Assembly (NCBI GenBank): GCA_002340325.1
Contig: DDLV01000108.1
Location: 19,281 to 83,280 of the forward strand
Direction: 5' to 3'
From: Glaciecola sp. UBA2563
GTDB lineage: Bacteria > Pseudomonadota > Gammaproteobacteria > Enterobacterales > Alteromonadaceae
Length of the DNA: 64,000 nucleotides
In this document: in pieces, positions 1 to 9,775 of the stretch
Numbering within the stretch: position 1 is the stretch's first letter
Layout: every line of letters starts with the position of its first letter
Position numbers and translations under genes: made by a program
The notes under the pieces: model-generated
What the model saw: only the letters and a program-made list of their open reading frames with translations
Databases searched by the model: none
What the model was told of the DNA's origin: nothing

Positions 1-1099
1 TTCTCTGCGACAACGCTTGGTTGTAAGCTTCGGTTCCCACAGATGACGTATGTCCTTGAATTTCAGCAACTGTTCCCGGGTGTTTCTGCATAAATTCAGC
101 GAATTCATCAATATTGAACGTCTCTGGGTTTGTTATAACGCTACTATTATTGGGGAATAATATATCAAGCGACATTGAGATCTCAGTCTCAGAAAGTATT
201 GGGCATCCGACTGAATTTACCTTATTTGTCAGCGGTGTGTCAGGGCATTCGTCAAGTGCATCTGCTACTCCGTCGCGGTCAGCGTCATCAATTCCACAAC
301 CAACTTCATCCACTTCAGTACCGGGAGGCGTTTGTGGGCACTGGTCGACGGCATTTAGAACACCATCACCATCCGCGTCAATGTTACAGCCTGTGGCGTC
401 GACTTCAATACCTAATGGTGTCTCTGGGCACTGGTCGACAGCATTTAGAACGCCATCACCATCTGTATCGACATTACAGCCCGTCTCATCCACAGTTACG
501 CCCGCTGGCGTTGCTGGGCATCTGTCTAGCGCGTCAGCAACACCATCGCCATCCGCATCGGGTTGTGACGCAGCAGCTGTGCTTTTACCGTAAATGTAAG
601 CTAATCCGAGCTTAGCGCTGAATTCTTTGTAACTTTGTCCAAAATCGTGATAGGCCGCTAGCTCGGTTATCAAGCGCCAATTTTCTGCAACTTCCCAGTG
701 TTTACCAAAACCCAGTGCTGCCATTCGGTAGCTATCAGTGATTGATTGTTCGCGAACACCGCCAAACAAATACATTACATCGTCAGGTAAAAAGTGCATG
801 ATATCTGCACCGATTTGCGTTCCATCATCTGCAAGCGTAGTGCGTATATCTTTAGTGTCTATGATGACTCTTCCAAGTTCGAATCTGACCGCCCATGACG
901 GGTCAAAGCGAAAACCTAATTCTGCACCAAGACCTTTGCCGTCACTAAGACCTCCCGTTGGTTCTGGTTTGTCTGAATCAGCATCATAATATTGAACAAA
1001 ACCACCGACCCAGTTTTCGTATGGTGGAGATTCTTGAGCAACACTGCCGAATGATAGTGTTAATGCCGCTGTCGCCAGTAGCGGAATGTATTTTTTCAT
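1..1099 (-). CDS. OmpA-family outer membrane protein with four TSP3-like Ca-binding repeats (3' end runs off the window)
   Basis: Not in the ORF track; translated by hand. ATG at 1099 with AAGGA upstream gives MKKYIPLLATAALTLSFGSVAQE..., then a beta-barrel region, DxDGDGV..D.CP.TP repeats and the OmpA C-domain start (EIQGHTSSVGTEAYNQALSQR). The frame is open to base 1. Confidence 0.92.
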   Translation of the reverse strand, partial: MKKYIPLLATAALTLSFGSVAQESPPYENWVGGFVQYYDADSDKPEPTGGLSDGKGLGAELGFRFDPSWAVRFELGRVIIDTKDIRTTLADDGTQIGADIMHFLPDDVMYLFGGVREQSITDSYRMAALGFGKHWEVAENWRLITELAAYHDFGQSYKEFSAKLGLAYIYGKSTAAASQPDADGDGVADALDRCPATPAGVTVDETGCNVDTDGDGVLNAVDQCPETPLGIEVDATGCNIDADGDGVLNAVDQCPQTPPGTEVDEVGCGIDDADRDGVADALDECPDTPLTNKVNSVGCPILSETEISMSLDILFPNNSSVITNPETFNIDEFAEFMQKHPGTVAEIQGHTSSVGTEAYNQALSQR

Positions 1100-1291
1100 G
1101 TGTGGTATCCTTGATAAAGAAATTATTATTTTTAATAGCGCTCTACACTATAGTTTAGCTTGAAACTCATTATTTTTCTAAGAAGAATTTTCCGATGTAG
1201 CGCCTTCTGAACCATACTAATGAGCAATTTAGGCACGCATTATCAACAAACTTATGTGAAATGATTATTAATTGGTATCGAAAAAAACACG

Positions 1292-1322
1292 AAAAAAAAG
1301 GCAAGCCACAGGGCTTGCCTTT
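1292..1322 (-). terminator. Intrinsic terminator after the second OmpA paralog
   Basis: Stem AAAGGCAAGCC-acag-GGCTTGCCTTT with an A8 run, i.e. a U-tract on the minus strand, about 20 nt past the stop at 1341. Confidence 0.85.
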
Positions 1323-1340
1323 ATCATAATCAACGGAAGA

Positions 1341-2531
1341 TTACTTCAATACGGCTTCTTTGATAACCGCAATAACCTTCGCTTCTATGCGTCTATTGTA
1401 GCCATGAGCCTCTTGCGTGTTATCTAAGAATTTCAAGCGAGTTTCGCCATAACCAACTGCAGTCAGGCGCGTTGCATCGATGCCGTATTCTTCAATTAGT
1501 AATGCTCTGACGTTCGTTGCTCTCTTTTCGGATAACCACTGATTGTATTCGTCAGTCCCAGGCGCGGACGTATGGCCTTGAATTTCAGCGACCGTTTCTG
1601 GATATTGTCGCATGAAGTCCACAAATTCGCCAATGTCGAGCGCTCTTGGATTCTCAATCACACTGCTATTGTTCGCAAACAGGATTTCGAGCTTGATAGA
1701 AAGTTCTTTCTCTTCAAGTAACGTGCAACCGACTTCGTTAACTCTGTTATTGCTGGGTGTGTCTGGACACTCATCAATAGAGTCCTCAACCCCATCGCCA
1801 TCAGAGTCAGTGAAGGGGCAACCAACTTCATTGACTTGCGTACCCGCTGGTGTATCGGGGCACTCGTCTTTTGCATTGACAACACCATCGCCATCCAAAT
1901 CAGCGATGCATCCAGTTTCGTCAACTATCGCACCCTCCGGTGTGTCTGGACATCTATCCATTGCATCGGGTACGCCATCCCTATCAGCATCAGGGTCTTC
2001 AATAAATACTTGCCGCTTATCAAATACATACGCCATACCAACTTTGGCATAAAACTCTCTGAAGCTCTCACCAAAATCATGCATAGCAGCAACTTCAGTT
2101 ATCAGTCGCCAGTCCTCGGCAACATTCCAGTGTTTACCAACGCCGACCGCCCCCATAATGTAACTTTCGTCGATAATCTGCTCTCGTCCACCGCCAAACA
2201 AATAAAATTTGTCTTCAGGCATAAAGTAGACGACGTCAGCACCTACTAACAAACCGTCATCTGCCAGTGTCGTGCGAATGTCTTGCGTGTCAATTAAGAC
2301 TCTGCTCATTTCGAAACGCAGCGCCCATGATGGGTCGAAGCGAAAGCCCAGTTCAGCGCCAAATCCATGCCCATTATCAAGTCCACCAGTAGGCTCCGGT
2401 TTATCGGAGTCTGCATCGTAATAATGTAAAAAACCTCCGGCCCATGTTCTGTATACGGTAATTTCTTTGGAGTAAGCGCCAAATGATTGTATGAAAGCTA
2501 GCATCGCAATTAGCAATGTTAATTTTTTCAT
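1341..2531 (-). CDS. OmpA-family outer membrane protein with three TSP3-like repeats
   Basis: ORF 1341..2576; likely start is the ATG at 2531 (MKKLTLL..., GAGAGGA RBS). Motifs DADRDGVPDAMDRCPDTP, EIQGHTS, LSEKRA and RRIE of the OmpA peptidoglycan-binding domain. Confidence 0.92.
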   Translation of the reverse strand: MKKLTLLIAMLAFIQSFGAYSKEITVYRTWAGGFLHYYDADSDKPEPTGGLDNGHGFGAELGFRFDPSWALRFEMSRVLIDTQDIRTTLADDGLLVGADVVYFMPEDKFYLFGGGREQIIDESYIMGAVGVGKHWNVAEDWRLITEVAAMHDFGESFREFYAKVGMAYVFDKRQVFIEDPDADRDGVPDAMDRCPDTPEGAIVDETGCIADLDGDGVVNAKDECPDTPAGTQVNEVGCPFTDSDGDGVEDSIDECPDTPSNNRVNEVGCTLLEEKELSIKLEILFANNSSVIENPRALDIGEFVDFMRQYPETVAEIQGHTSAPGTDEYNQWLSEKRATNVRALLIEEYGIDATRLTAVGYGETRLKFLDNTQEAHGYNRRIEAKVIAVIKEAVLK

Positions 2532-2653
2532 CAGTGTGTCCTCTCTTGCGGGAATCATTTTATTAGTTATTATCAAATTTTACTTTTATTAGGCCATTTT
2601 AGGATGGCTATTTTTATAACTACGTATTTGTACTACTTCTTTGAACTTCCCTC

Positions 2654-3127
2654 TCAATTACTGCACCTGTGGCACGTGCCGTGCGCCTCTATCGTTTGCG
2701 TATTAATTTTAAACGCATGCAAAGCCGCTTGCGCCTCAAGACTATCACTGATTCCTTTCGAATGAATTTCTTTAACATCACCACACTTGTCGCATATCAA
2801 GAATTGCGCCATGTGAGCACAATCGAAATGTTTGCAAGCTTTGTAAGTATTTGTTGAAGCGACTTTGTGCGCTAAGCCAACATTTAAAAAGAAGTCTAGC
2901 GCGCGATATACTGTTGGTGGTTTTGCATTGCTATCAATAAGCTTCAACTTGTCTAATAAGTCGTAGGCGCCAATGGAACCCTCTGCTTCTAACAACAGTC
3001 TGTAGATCTTTTGCCTAATAGGTGTAAACCGATTCCCTGTTTTTTTGCAATACAGCTGTGCTTTTATCAATAATTCCTTATGCTCTTGTATTTGCGTTTC
3101 TAATTGCAACGCTTCTACCTCATGCAT
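2654..3127 (-). CDS. zur: Fur-family zinc uptake regulator
   Basis: RFTPIRQKIYRLL, GAYDLLDKL, KPPTVYRALDF and FLICDKCG...AHGTCHRC (two CxxC pairs); PPTVYRAL is typical of Zur. Confidence 0.85.
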   Translation of the reverse strand: MHEVEALQLETQIQEHKELLIKAQLYCKKTGNRFTPIRQKIYRLLLEAEGSIGAYDLLDKLKLIDSNAKPPTVYRALDFFLNVGLAHKVASTNTYKACKHFDCAHMAQFLICDKCGDVKEIHSKGISDSLEAQAALHAFKINTQTIEAHGTCHRCSN

Positions 3128-3224
3128 TACTCTTTATGCCCTTGATTATAATCACTGCGTGTGTTGTGAACAAGTTATTAAATTTTTACCCTATCAATGT
3201 AAACCGATATTATAGTGAAGCAAA

Positions 3225-4016
3225 ATGAAATTCATATTATCAGAAGGTATGTTTTTGATACCAATCGCATTTGATATCTCAAATGCCGAGGAATTTTGGC
3301 ACAGTGATGTTATTGGATTTCTCGATAACGTTGAGCATACCGTGATTAATTTTATCGCCTCAGATGGCAATAAGCATCAGCTATATGATGTCAAATGTGG
3401 GTGTTTTGATACAACCAAATTTAATCAAGTATCCTTGCGTGAACTTCTGTTTATCGTCCCTGAAATCGCTTTAGACCAGGCCGCAAAGTCATGGCAATAC
3501 GCAGAGTTTCTCAGGACACATCAGTTCTGTGGCTGCTGTGGTTCAAAAACTAAGGCGGTAACTGAAGAAATGGCGACACAGTGTACAAACTGCGGACATA
3601 AAGTCTACCCTCGTGTAAGTCCATGTATTATTGTAAGTATAAGAAAAGGAAGTGAAATTCTTCTCGCGCAAGGGGTAAGACAGCGCAGCGCTGGCTTCTA
3701 TTCAACACTTGCTGGTTTCGTAGAGAGCGCCGAAACGCTCGAACAGGCCGTTCACAGAGAGGTCTTTGAAGAAGTTGGTATCAAAATCAAAAACTTGCGC
3801 TATTCGGGGAGTCAACCTTGGCCGTTTCCACACTCTATCATGTGCGGCTTTATGGCAGACTACCAAAGTGGTACATTAAATCCTGACAAAACAGAGATAT
3901 TGCATGCCGATTGGTTTACTATAAACAACTTGCCTAAGACCGCACCAGGTGTCTCTATTGCCAGTAAACTTATCGAGCAGACTATCGATGAAATAAAGAA
4001 GTATTCGGCAGGCTAG
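3225..4016 (+). CDS. nudC: NADH pyrophosphatase (Nudix)
   Basis: Zinc ribbon FCGCCG...CTNCG, YPRVSPCIIV, Nudix box and SQPWPFPHS signature; lies directly upstream of hemE. Confidence 0.95.
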   Translation: MKFILSEGMFLIPIAFDISNAEEFWHSDVIGFLDNVEHTVINFIASDGNKHQLYDVKCGCFDTTKFNQVSLRELLFIVPEIALDQAAKSWQYAEFLRTHQFCGCCGSKTKAVTEEMATQCTNCGHKVYPRVSPCIIVSIRKGSEILLAQGVRQRSAGFYSTLAGFVESAETLEQAVHREVFEEVGIKIKNLRYSGSQPWPFPHSIMCGFMADYQSGTLNPDKTEILHADWFTINNLPKTAPGVSIASKLIEQTIDEIKKYSAG

Positions 4017-4078
4017 ATTCACTTTTGTATCGTTTGGCTCGTAAACTAAGATTCACCTTTTTCACTTATGAGTAGTAG

Positions 4079-5143
4079 ATGACTGAATTAAAGAATGATA
4101 GGTATATTCGCGCGTTATTAAAGCAACCCGTTGACGTCACACCGGTTTGGATGATGCGCCAAGCGGGCCGGTACTTGCCTGAGTATCGAGAATTGCGCAA
4201 AGAAGCAGGCAGTTTTATGGACCTCTGCACGAATCCTGAACTCGCTTGTGAAGTAACATTGCAGCCATTGCGCAGGTTTCCCTTAGATGCAGCCATTCTA
4301 TTTTCAGATATTCTGACTATTCCAGATGCCATGGGATTAGGATTGTATTTTGAGCAAGGTGAAGGCCCAAAATTCAATAAAGTTATCGCAAGTAAAGATG
4401 ATGTCGATAATCTGCCAGTTCCAGACCCTGAATTATCATTAACCTATGTGATGGATGCTGTCAGAACCATAAGAAAAGCACTTAAAGGGAGCGTACCCCT
4501 TATTGGTTTTTCTGGCAGTCCATGGACACTGGCAACATATATGGTCGAGGGTGGTTCGAGTAAAGCGTTTACGAAAATAAAGAAAATGATGTATGCAGAA
4601 CCGAAAACTCTGCATGCACTTTTAGATAAATTGGCGGATGCTGTTGTTCTGTATTTAAATGCGCAAATTGCAGCGGGCGCTCAGGCCGTGATGGTATTTG
4701 ATACTTGGGGTGGCGTGCTTTGTCCGAGAGATTATAAGTTATTTTCCTTGCAATATATGCATAAGATTGTCGATGGGCTAAAGCGTACATATGATGGAAA
4801 AACCATTCCAGTAACGTTGTTCACAAAAAATGGCGGGATGTGGTTGGAAGACATTGCCAAAACGGGCTGCGATGCATTAGGCTTGGATTGGACAATCGAT
4901 ATCGCCGACGCGAGAAAGAGAGTCGGTGATAATGTTGCCCTTCAGGGTAACATGGACCCTTCTATGCTATATGCAGACAAGGCAAGGATAGAAGAAGAGG
5001 TCAGCACGATTCTAGCCGGATTTGGCGATGGCTCAGGGCATGTATTTAACCTTGGTCATGGTATTCATCTTGATGTCCCTCACGAGAATGCTGGCGTTTT
5101 TGTCAATGCTGTTCACCAGTTGAGTAAACAGTACCACACTTAG
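4079..5143 (+). CDS. hemE: Uroporphyrinogen decarboxylase
   Basis: [41 protein letters not shown] and HVFNLGHGI. Confidence 0.99.
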   Translation: MTELKNDRYIRALLKQPVDVTPVWMMRQAGRYLPEYRELRKEAGSFMDLCTNPELACEVTLQPLRRFPLDAAILFSDILTIPDAMGLGLYFEQGEGPKFNKVIASKDDVDNLPVPDPELSLTYVMDAVRTIRKALKGSVPLIGFSGSPWTLATYMVEGGSSKAFTKIKKMMYAEPKTLHALLDKLADAVVLYLNAQIAAGAQAVMVFDTWGGVLCPRDYKLFSLQYMHKIVDGLKRTYDGKTIPVTLFTKNGGMWLEDIAKTGCDALGLDWTIDIADARKRVGDNVALQGNMDPSMLYADKARIEEEVSTILAGFGDGSGHVFNLGHGIHLDVPHENAGVFVNAVHQLSKQYHT

Positions 5144-5165
5144 TTATTGTGGATCTGTGGCGTCG

Positions 5166-6317
5166 TTAGGTTTGCGCCTTACGGATACTTCTGCATAAAC
5201 GTTTCGTTTGTCGATTCTCCGTGTCAGGTGTTGACTCCTTTGCCGTCTGTTGTTGAATTGCCCATGCAAAGTGTTCTTTCAATATGTCATTAGTCTCTGT
5301 GTGAAGCGCGTTCTCTAATGCATAAAGAATCTCCGCGTCAAATGGTGCATTTCCCATTGCAACGGACAAATTTCGACGCCATTTAATGTAACCGATACGC
5401 CTTATTGGCGAGCCTTGTAAGAACGTTAAGAATTCCTTTTCACTCCATCTAAATAGTGAAGTGAGATAGGCTGATTTTAATTGATAGTTATTATCAAAGG
5501 CACTTTCGCTTGTTGTTGGTATCTGCTGATTAACAGGACAAACTAGCTGGCAGTCATCGCAGCCATATATTCGATTACCCATAGCCTGTCGAAATTCAAG
5601 TGGTATTACGCCATCGTATTCGATGGTCAGGTACGAAATACATCGATTAGCATCCACCGTATAAGGCGCTACAATCGCTCTTGTTGGGCATATCGTTATG
5701 CACGCTGTGCAACTGCCGCACCCGTCTTTAATAGGAGCGTCTACGGACAACGGTAAGTTAATAAATAACTCCCCGAGAAAGTACCAAGAACCACTTTCGT
5801 TGTTTAATGATAGTGAGTGTTTGCCCGTCCAGCCTAATCCTGATTGCTCGGCAAATGCATGCTCTAACACCGGCCCCGAATCAACGAAAGGGCGAAATGA
5901 AACACTTGCAACTTCCTCTTGAATTTTCTCACCTAATTGCCTTAAGCGCTTTCGCATAAGTTTGTGGTAATCCTTGCCCAGCGCATAGCGACTCACATAC
6001 GCTGAAGATGGGTTGTCCAAGTTATCTGCAAATTCAGCATCAGGCGGCAAATATCGCATGCCGACGCTAATTATTCGAAGTGTTCCTGGAACGAGCAAAT
6101 CAGGCTTTAGTCTGAAGTCCATATTGCGATCAAAGAATGCCATTTGACCTTGATAGCCCTTAGATAGCCACTTTTGCAAAAATTCTCCGTGCCGACCAAT
6201 GTCCAACTCGCTGATTCCAAAGTGTTGAAAGCCTAGCGATTTTGACCATGCCTTGATATCTTTGCGAAGTTGAATTAAATCGAGTGTAGGGATTAAGGAC
6301 ATATCTTTATGTTGCAT
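5166..6317 (-). CDS. queG: Epoxyqueuosine reductase
   Basis: YVSRYALGKDYH, VDSGPVLE, CGSCTACITICPT, CISYLTIE and IYGCDDCQLVCP; divergent from and overlapping nnr as in the usual arrangement. The start could be a few codons downstream. Confidence 0.96.
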   Translation of the reverse strand: MQHKDMSLIPTLDLIQLRKDIKAWSKSLGFQHFGISELDIGRHGEFLQKWLSKGYQGQMAFFDRNMDFRLKPDLLVPGTLRIISVGMRYLPPDAEFADNLDNPSSAYVSRYALGKDYHKLMRKRLRQLGEKIQEEVASVSFRPFVDSGPVLEHAFAEQSGLGWTGKHSLSLNNESGSWYFLGELFINLPLSVDAPIKDGCGSCTACITICPTRAIVAPYTVDANRCISYLTIEYDGVIPLEFRQAMGNRIYGCDDCQLVCPVNQQIPTTSESAFDNNYQLKSAYLTSLFRWSEKEFLTFLQGSPIRRIGYIKWRRNLSVAMGNAPFDAEILYALENALHTETNDILKEHFAWAIQQQTAKESTPDTENRQTKRLCRSIRKAQT

Positions 6318-7808
6318 AAAATAAACGCACCAAGCTTAACACAAAAACTATATCGTGCAGACCAGGTTCGCACGCATGAACAAACTGCTGCAAAAGAGCT
6401 TGGCCTTGAGATGTATAGTTTAATGCAAAGAGCGGGTAAGGCAGTATTTGAAGAGTGTTTAAACCTCATCCCCAATGTTGATAATTACCTCATAGTTGTC
6501 GGGGTCGGCAATAATGCTGGTGACGGTTATGTCGCAGCCCTGCAAGCAAAGTTAGCCGGAAAAAATGTCACTTTATGCGCAATTGAGCCAGATCGAGAAG
6601 TACAAGGCGATGTGGCGCGTGCACGGCATGATTGGGAAGCGAATGGCGGACACGTTAAACCTTTTACACTCGACCATTTAAAAAAAACCGATATCGTCAT
6701 CGATGCGCTCTTGGGGACTGGGATTAAAGGGACGATTAGGAGCGAGTTTGCCATTGTTATCGATGCAATAAACGCCGCCAGTATTCCCGTATTGAGTATT
6801 GACGTACCAAGTGGTCTTGACGCAGATACCGGCGAATCTTTGGGGCGCTGCATTGAGGCTGACGTGACAGTAACCTTTATTGGCGTGAAAATGGGATTAA
6901 CAACGGGGGCCGGCAAGCAGTCATGCGGCAAATTAATTTACAACGATCTTGGCGTTGGAAAGACATTTACAAAACATGCGAGAAGCGATGCCAATGCCTT
7001 GGATCTCGCGCATTTTAATGGTCTTCCACCACGCCGCATAAATAGCCATAAAGGCAGTTACGGAAGGCTACTGTGCATTGGCGGTAATCTTGGTATGTCA
7101 GGGGCCATAAGGTTAACAGCAGAGGCTGCTTTGCGCACGGGTACTGGCTTGGTCAAAGTATTTTGTCATGAAGAAAGTAAGACACAAGTTTGTTCGGGGC
7201 GGCCAGAATTAATGGTTATTTGTGAGGGACTTGAAGAAGCGCTGGAATGGGCAACGTGCATTGCCATCGGTCCGGGCTTAGGGCGAAATGAATGGAGTAA
7301 TGCAGTTTTTGATAAAGTAATGGAATACTGCCAAAAGCATCCAAAGTCGGTTGTCATTGACGCTGATGCATTAAATCTTAAAGCCGTTAACACAAGTTTT
7401 GTGGCATTGCCGAATTGTGTCCTAACACCCCATACCGGCGAAGCGTCAAGGTTGTTGAATGTCAGCATTGATGAGGTTGAGGCTAATCGTTTTAATTATG
7501 CAAGACAATGTGCAGAGCGCTATGACGCGGTTTGTGTATTAAAGGGAGCCGGCACTATTGTCGATAATCAAAAAACATCGTGGGTTTGCCGGCACGGCAA
7601 TCCCGGAATGGCAACTGCCGGCATGGGTGATGTATTGACGGGTGTTATTTCTTCGTTGATGTCGCAAGGAATCGATAAAGACATTGCATGTCAATTTGGC
7701 GTTTCTATCCACGCCAAGGCAGGGGATATGGTTGCCGAAAAGTATGGACAGCGAGGCATGCTGGCGAGTGATTTGTTTGAAAACTTGCGAATATTGGTAA
7801 ATAAGTAG
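6309..7808 (+). CDS. nnr: Bifunctional NAD(P)H-hydrate epimerase/dehydratase
   Basis: GVGNNAGDG, DALLGTG, SIDVPSG, HKGSYG, LTPHTGEA and ATAGMGDVLTG. Confidence 0.96.
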   Translation: MLHKINAPSLTQKLYRADQVRTHEQTAAKELGLEMYSLMQRAGKAVFEECLNLIPNVDNYLIVVGVGNNAGDGYVAALQAKLAGKNVTLCAIEPDREVQGDVARARHDWEANGGHVKPFTLDHLKKTDIVIDALLGTGIKGTIRSEFAIVIDAINAASIPVLSIDVPSGLDADTGESLGRCIEADVTVTFIGVKMGLTTGAGKQSCGKLIYNDLGVGKTFTKHARSDANALDLAHFNGLPPRRINSHKGSYGRLLCIGGNLGMSGAIRLTAEAALRTGTGLVKVFCHEESKTQVCSGRPELMVICEGLEEALEWATCIAIGPGLGRNEWSNAVFDKVMEYCQKHPKSVVIDADALNLKAVNTSFVALPNCVLTPHTGEASRLLNVSIDEVEANRFNYARQCAERYDAVCVLKGAGTIVDNQKTSWVCRHGNPGMATAGMGDVLTGVISSLMSQGIDKDIACQFGVSIHAKAGDMVAEKYGQRGMLASDLFENLRILVNK

Positions 7809-7974
7809 TTTTTTAGCGTGGTATTCCACAGCGCATGCAAGTCATATGCTTTTAGTTTTCATCGCAGATATAATGCAACGTTAAAATGTGCATGATGTTT
7901 GCTAAACGACTGGATAGAGGATGATCAATGACAAGTCATGTTCGTCAAAACAAAATTAAAAATAACTAAGATAA

Positions 7975-8439
7975 ATGCAGTTTGATATCACAAACGAGGA
8001 TGACACTCAGGCACTAGCACGAAAGTTCGCTGAATACTTTGCAGAGCTGGATGTTTGGGGTTTCGTAATTTTTTTGATTGGTGACTTGGGCGTAGGGAAA
8101 ACAACGTTTTCGCGACATTTAATTCAGGCACTAGGACATATGGGCAGTGTAAAAAGTCCAACATACACATTGGTGGAGCCATATAAAATAGGTAATAAAA
8201 AAGTCTATCACTTTGATTTATATAGACTAAGTGATCCTGAAGAGCTGGAGTTTATGGGGATTAGGGACTATTTTGAAGACAACTGTTTAAGTTTGGTAGA
8301 GTGGCCTGAAAAAGGTGTTGAATTACTACCACAATGGGATGTCAAAGTTGAAATAAACGTACAAAATTATGTTAGGACACTCGTTGTTTCCACTGGAACA
8401 GACAGGGGTAAAGCGATTGGAATATCATTGAAACAATGA
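7975..8439 (+). CDS. tsaE: tRNA threonylcarbamoyladenosine biosynthesis ATPase
   Basis: [28 protein letters not shown] and VEWPE. Confidence 0.97.
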   Translation: MQFDITNEDDTQALARKFAEYFAELDVWGFVIFLIGDLGVGKTTFSRHLIQALGHMGSVKSPTYTLVEPYKIGNKKVYHFDLYRLSDPEELEFMGIRDYFEDNCLSLVEWPEKGVELLPQWDVKVEINVQNYVRTLVVSTGTDRGKAIGISLKQ

Positions 8440-8443
8440 ATTA

Positions 8444-9775
8444 ATGAAGATGTTTTTCAAGAACTGGTTTTACAAATTTGATTTTGTTGCTTTTGTTTTG
8501 CTTATCAGTAATCAAGTATTTGCTGGCAACATTATTGACAGTCGGTTTTCGCACACAGCAGACACCAGCAGATTCGTATTAGAACTGGAAACCGCGCCAT
8601 CGTTTACCTATTTTTCGCTAAAAAATCCAAGAAGGCTAGTCATTGACCTCGTCGATGTAGATAAAGATTACAATTTCTCTGACTTATTACTAACAGGCAA
8701 CTTGGTCAGTAGGATCAGGCATAGCACGCCAAAGTCGCCAAAAGATACGAGGTTGGTGCTAGAACTTACCAAGAAGGTCAATGTTTCCATATTTCCGCTT
8801 GATAAAACGGATTCGTTTGAACATCGTTTAATTGTCGAGGTTATTGACCCAGACCCGGTGCCCGTGCTTGCAAACAACGTTGGGCCCAATCGAGATCAAG
8901 ACATTATCGTCGTTATTGATGCAGGGCACGGTGGTAGTGATCCTGGGTCAGTAGGCCCCACTGGAACGCTTGAAAAACATGTTACTTTGTCTATTGCAAA
9001 GAAATTGCAAGACTTAATTGATCGTGAATCAGGTCTGCGGACAGTGATGACGCGAACGGATGATTATTATGTACATCCAAATGACAGACCGAAGATAGCA
9101 GCGAGAGAGAATGCTGACTTGTTGGTATCAATCCATGCAGATGCATTCACCACACCTCAACCTAGAGGCGGTTCAGTCTGGGTGCTCTCTGAAGGGCGTG
9201 CCGACAGTGAATTAGGTCGTCTATTGGAGCAAACCGAACGCAGTTCGGCATTACTTGGGGCTGCCGCTGAAGTTATTGAAGATCGCGATACTGAACGATA
9301 CTTTGCTGAGACTATTTTTAATATGTCGATGGATTTATCTCGGGCATCAAGCTACGAATTAAGTAATCGACTGATTCGCGATATGAAAAAAGTCACCAAG
9401 ATGCACAAGCGGAAACCACAAAGCGCGAGTCTTGCAGTACTTACAGCGCCAGAGACCCCTTCAATTTTGGTGGAAGTCGGATTTATTAGTAACCCTGAAG
9501 AGGAAAAGAATTTAAATTGGGCAGAGCACCGACAACGTTTGGCAGATGCAATGTTTAGCTCGATTGAAGCGTTTTTTCGAAAAACGCCCCCTGAAGGAAC
9601 CTTATGGGCAAAGTTGAAAAAGGACCAACCATCACAGCATAAAGTCGCCGTCGGCGACTCCTTATCTTTATTAGCACAACGGTATGGTGTTACAATTAAA
9701 CAAATCAAAAATGAAAACAACCTGACCTCAGATGTTGTCATGGTAGGACAAGTACTCAAAATTCCTCGTGCCTGA
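8444..9775 (+). CDS. amiB: N-acetylmuramoyl-L-alanine amidase with AMIN and LysM domains
   Basis: IDAGHGG, SIHAD, SILVEVGFISN and a C-terminal LysM (HKVAVGDSLSLLAQRYGV); position in the superoperon. Confidence 0.95.
   Translation: MKMFFKNWFYKFDFVAFVLLISNQVFAGNIIDSRFSHTADTSRFVLELETAPSFTYFSLKNPRRLVIDLVDVDKDYNFSDLLLTGNLVSRIRHSTPKSPKDTRLVLELTKKVNVSIFPLDKTDSFEHRLIVEVIDPDPVPVLANNVGPNRDQDIIVVIDAGHGGSDPGSVGPTGTLEKHVTLSIAKKLQDLIDRESGLRTVMTRTDDYYVHPNDRPKIAARENADLLVSIHADAFTTPQPRGGSVWVLSEGRADSELGRLLEQTERSSALLGAAAEVIEDRDTERYFAETIFNMSMDLSRASSYELSNRLIRDMKKVTKMHKRKPQSASLAVLTAPETPSILVEVGFISNPEEEKNLNWAEHRQRLADAMFSSIEAFFRKTPPEGTLWAKLKKDQPSQHKVAVGDSLSLLAQRYGVTIKQIKNENNLTSDVVMVGQVLKIPRA

Noticed and set aside
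336-515. 90-bp direct repeats resembling a CRISPR or tandem array
   Set aside because: They are in-frame coding repeats with synonymous divergence, have no unique spacers, and no cas genes are present.
114-2249. Plus-strand Ser/Pro/Thr-rich ORFs (114..593, 175..615, 1612..2052, 1836..2249)
   Set aside because: Antisense shadows of the TSP3 repeats in the two OmpA genes; no RBS or independent signal.
3143-3154. Perfect palindrome TGATTATAATCA upstream of zur
   Set aside because: Does not match the recalled Zur box (TGTTATA-n-TATAACA core) and is AT-rich enough to arise by chance.
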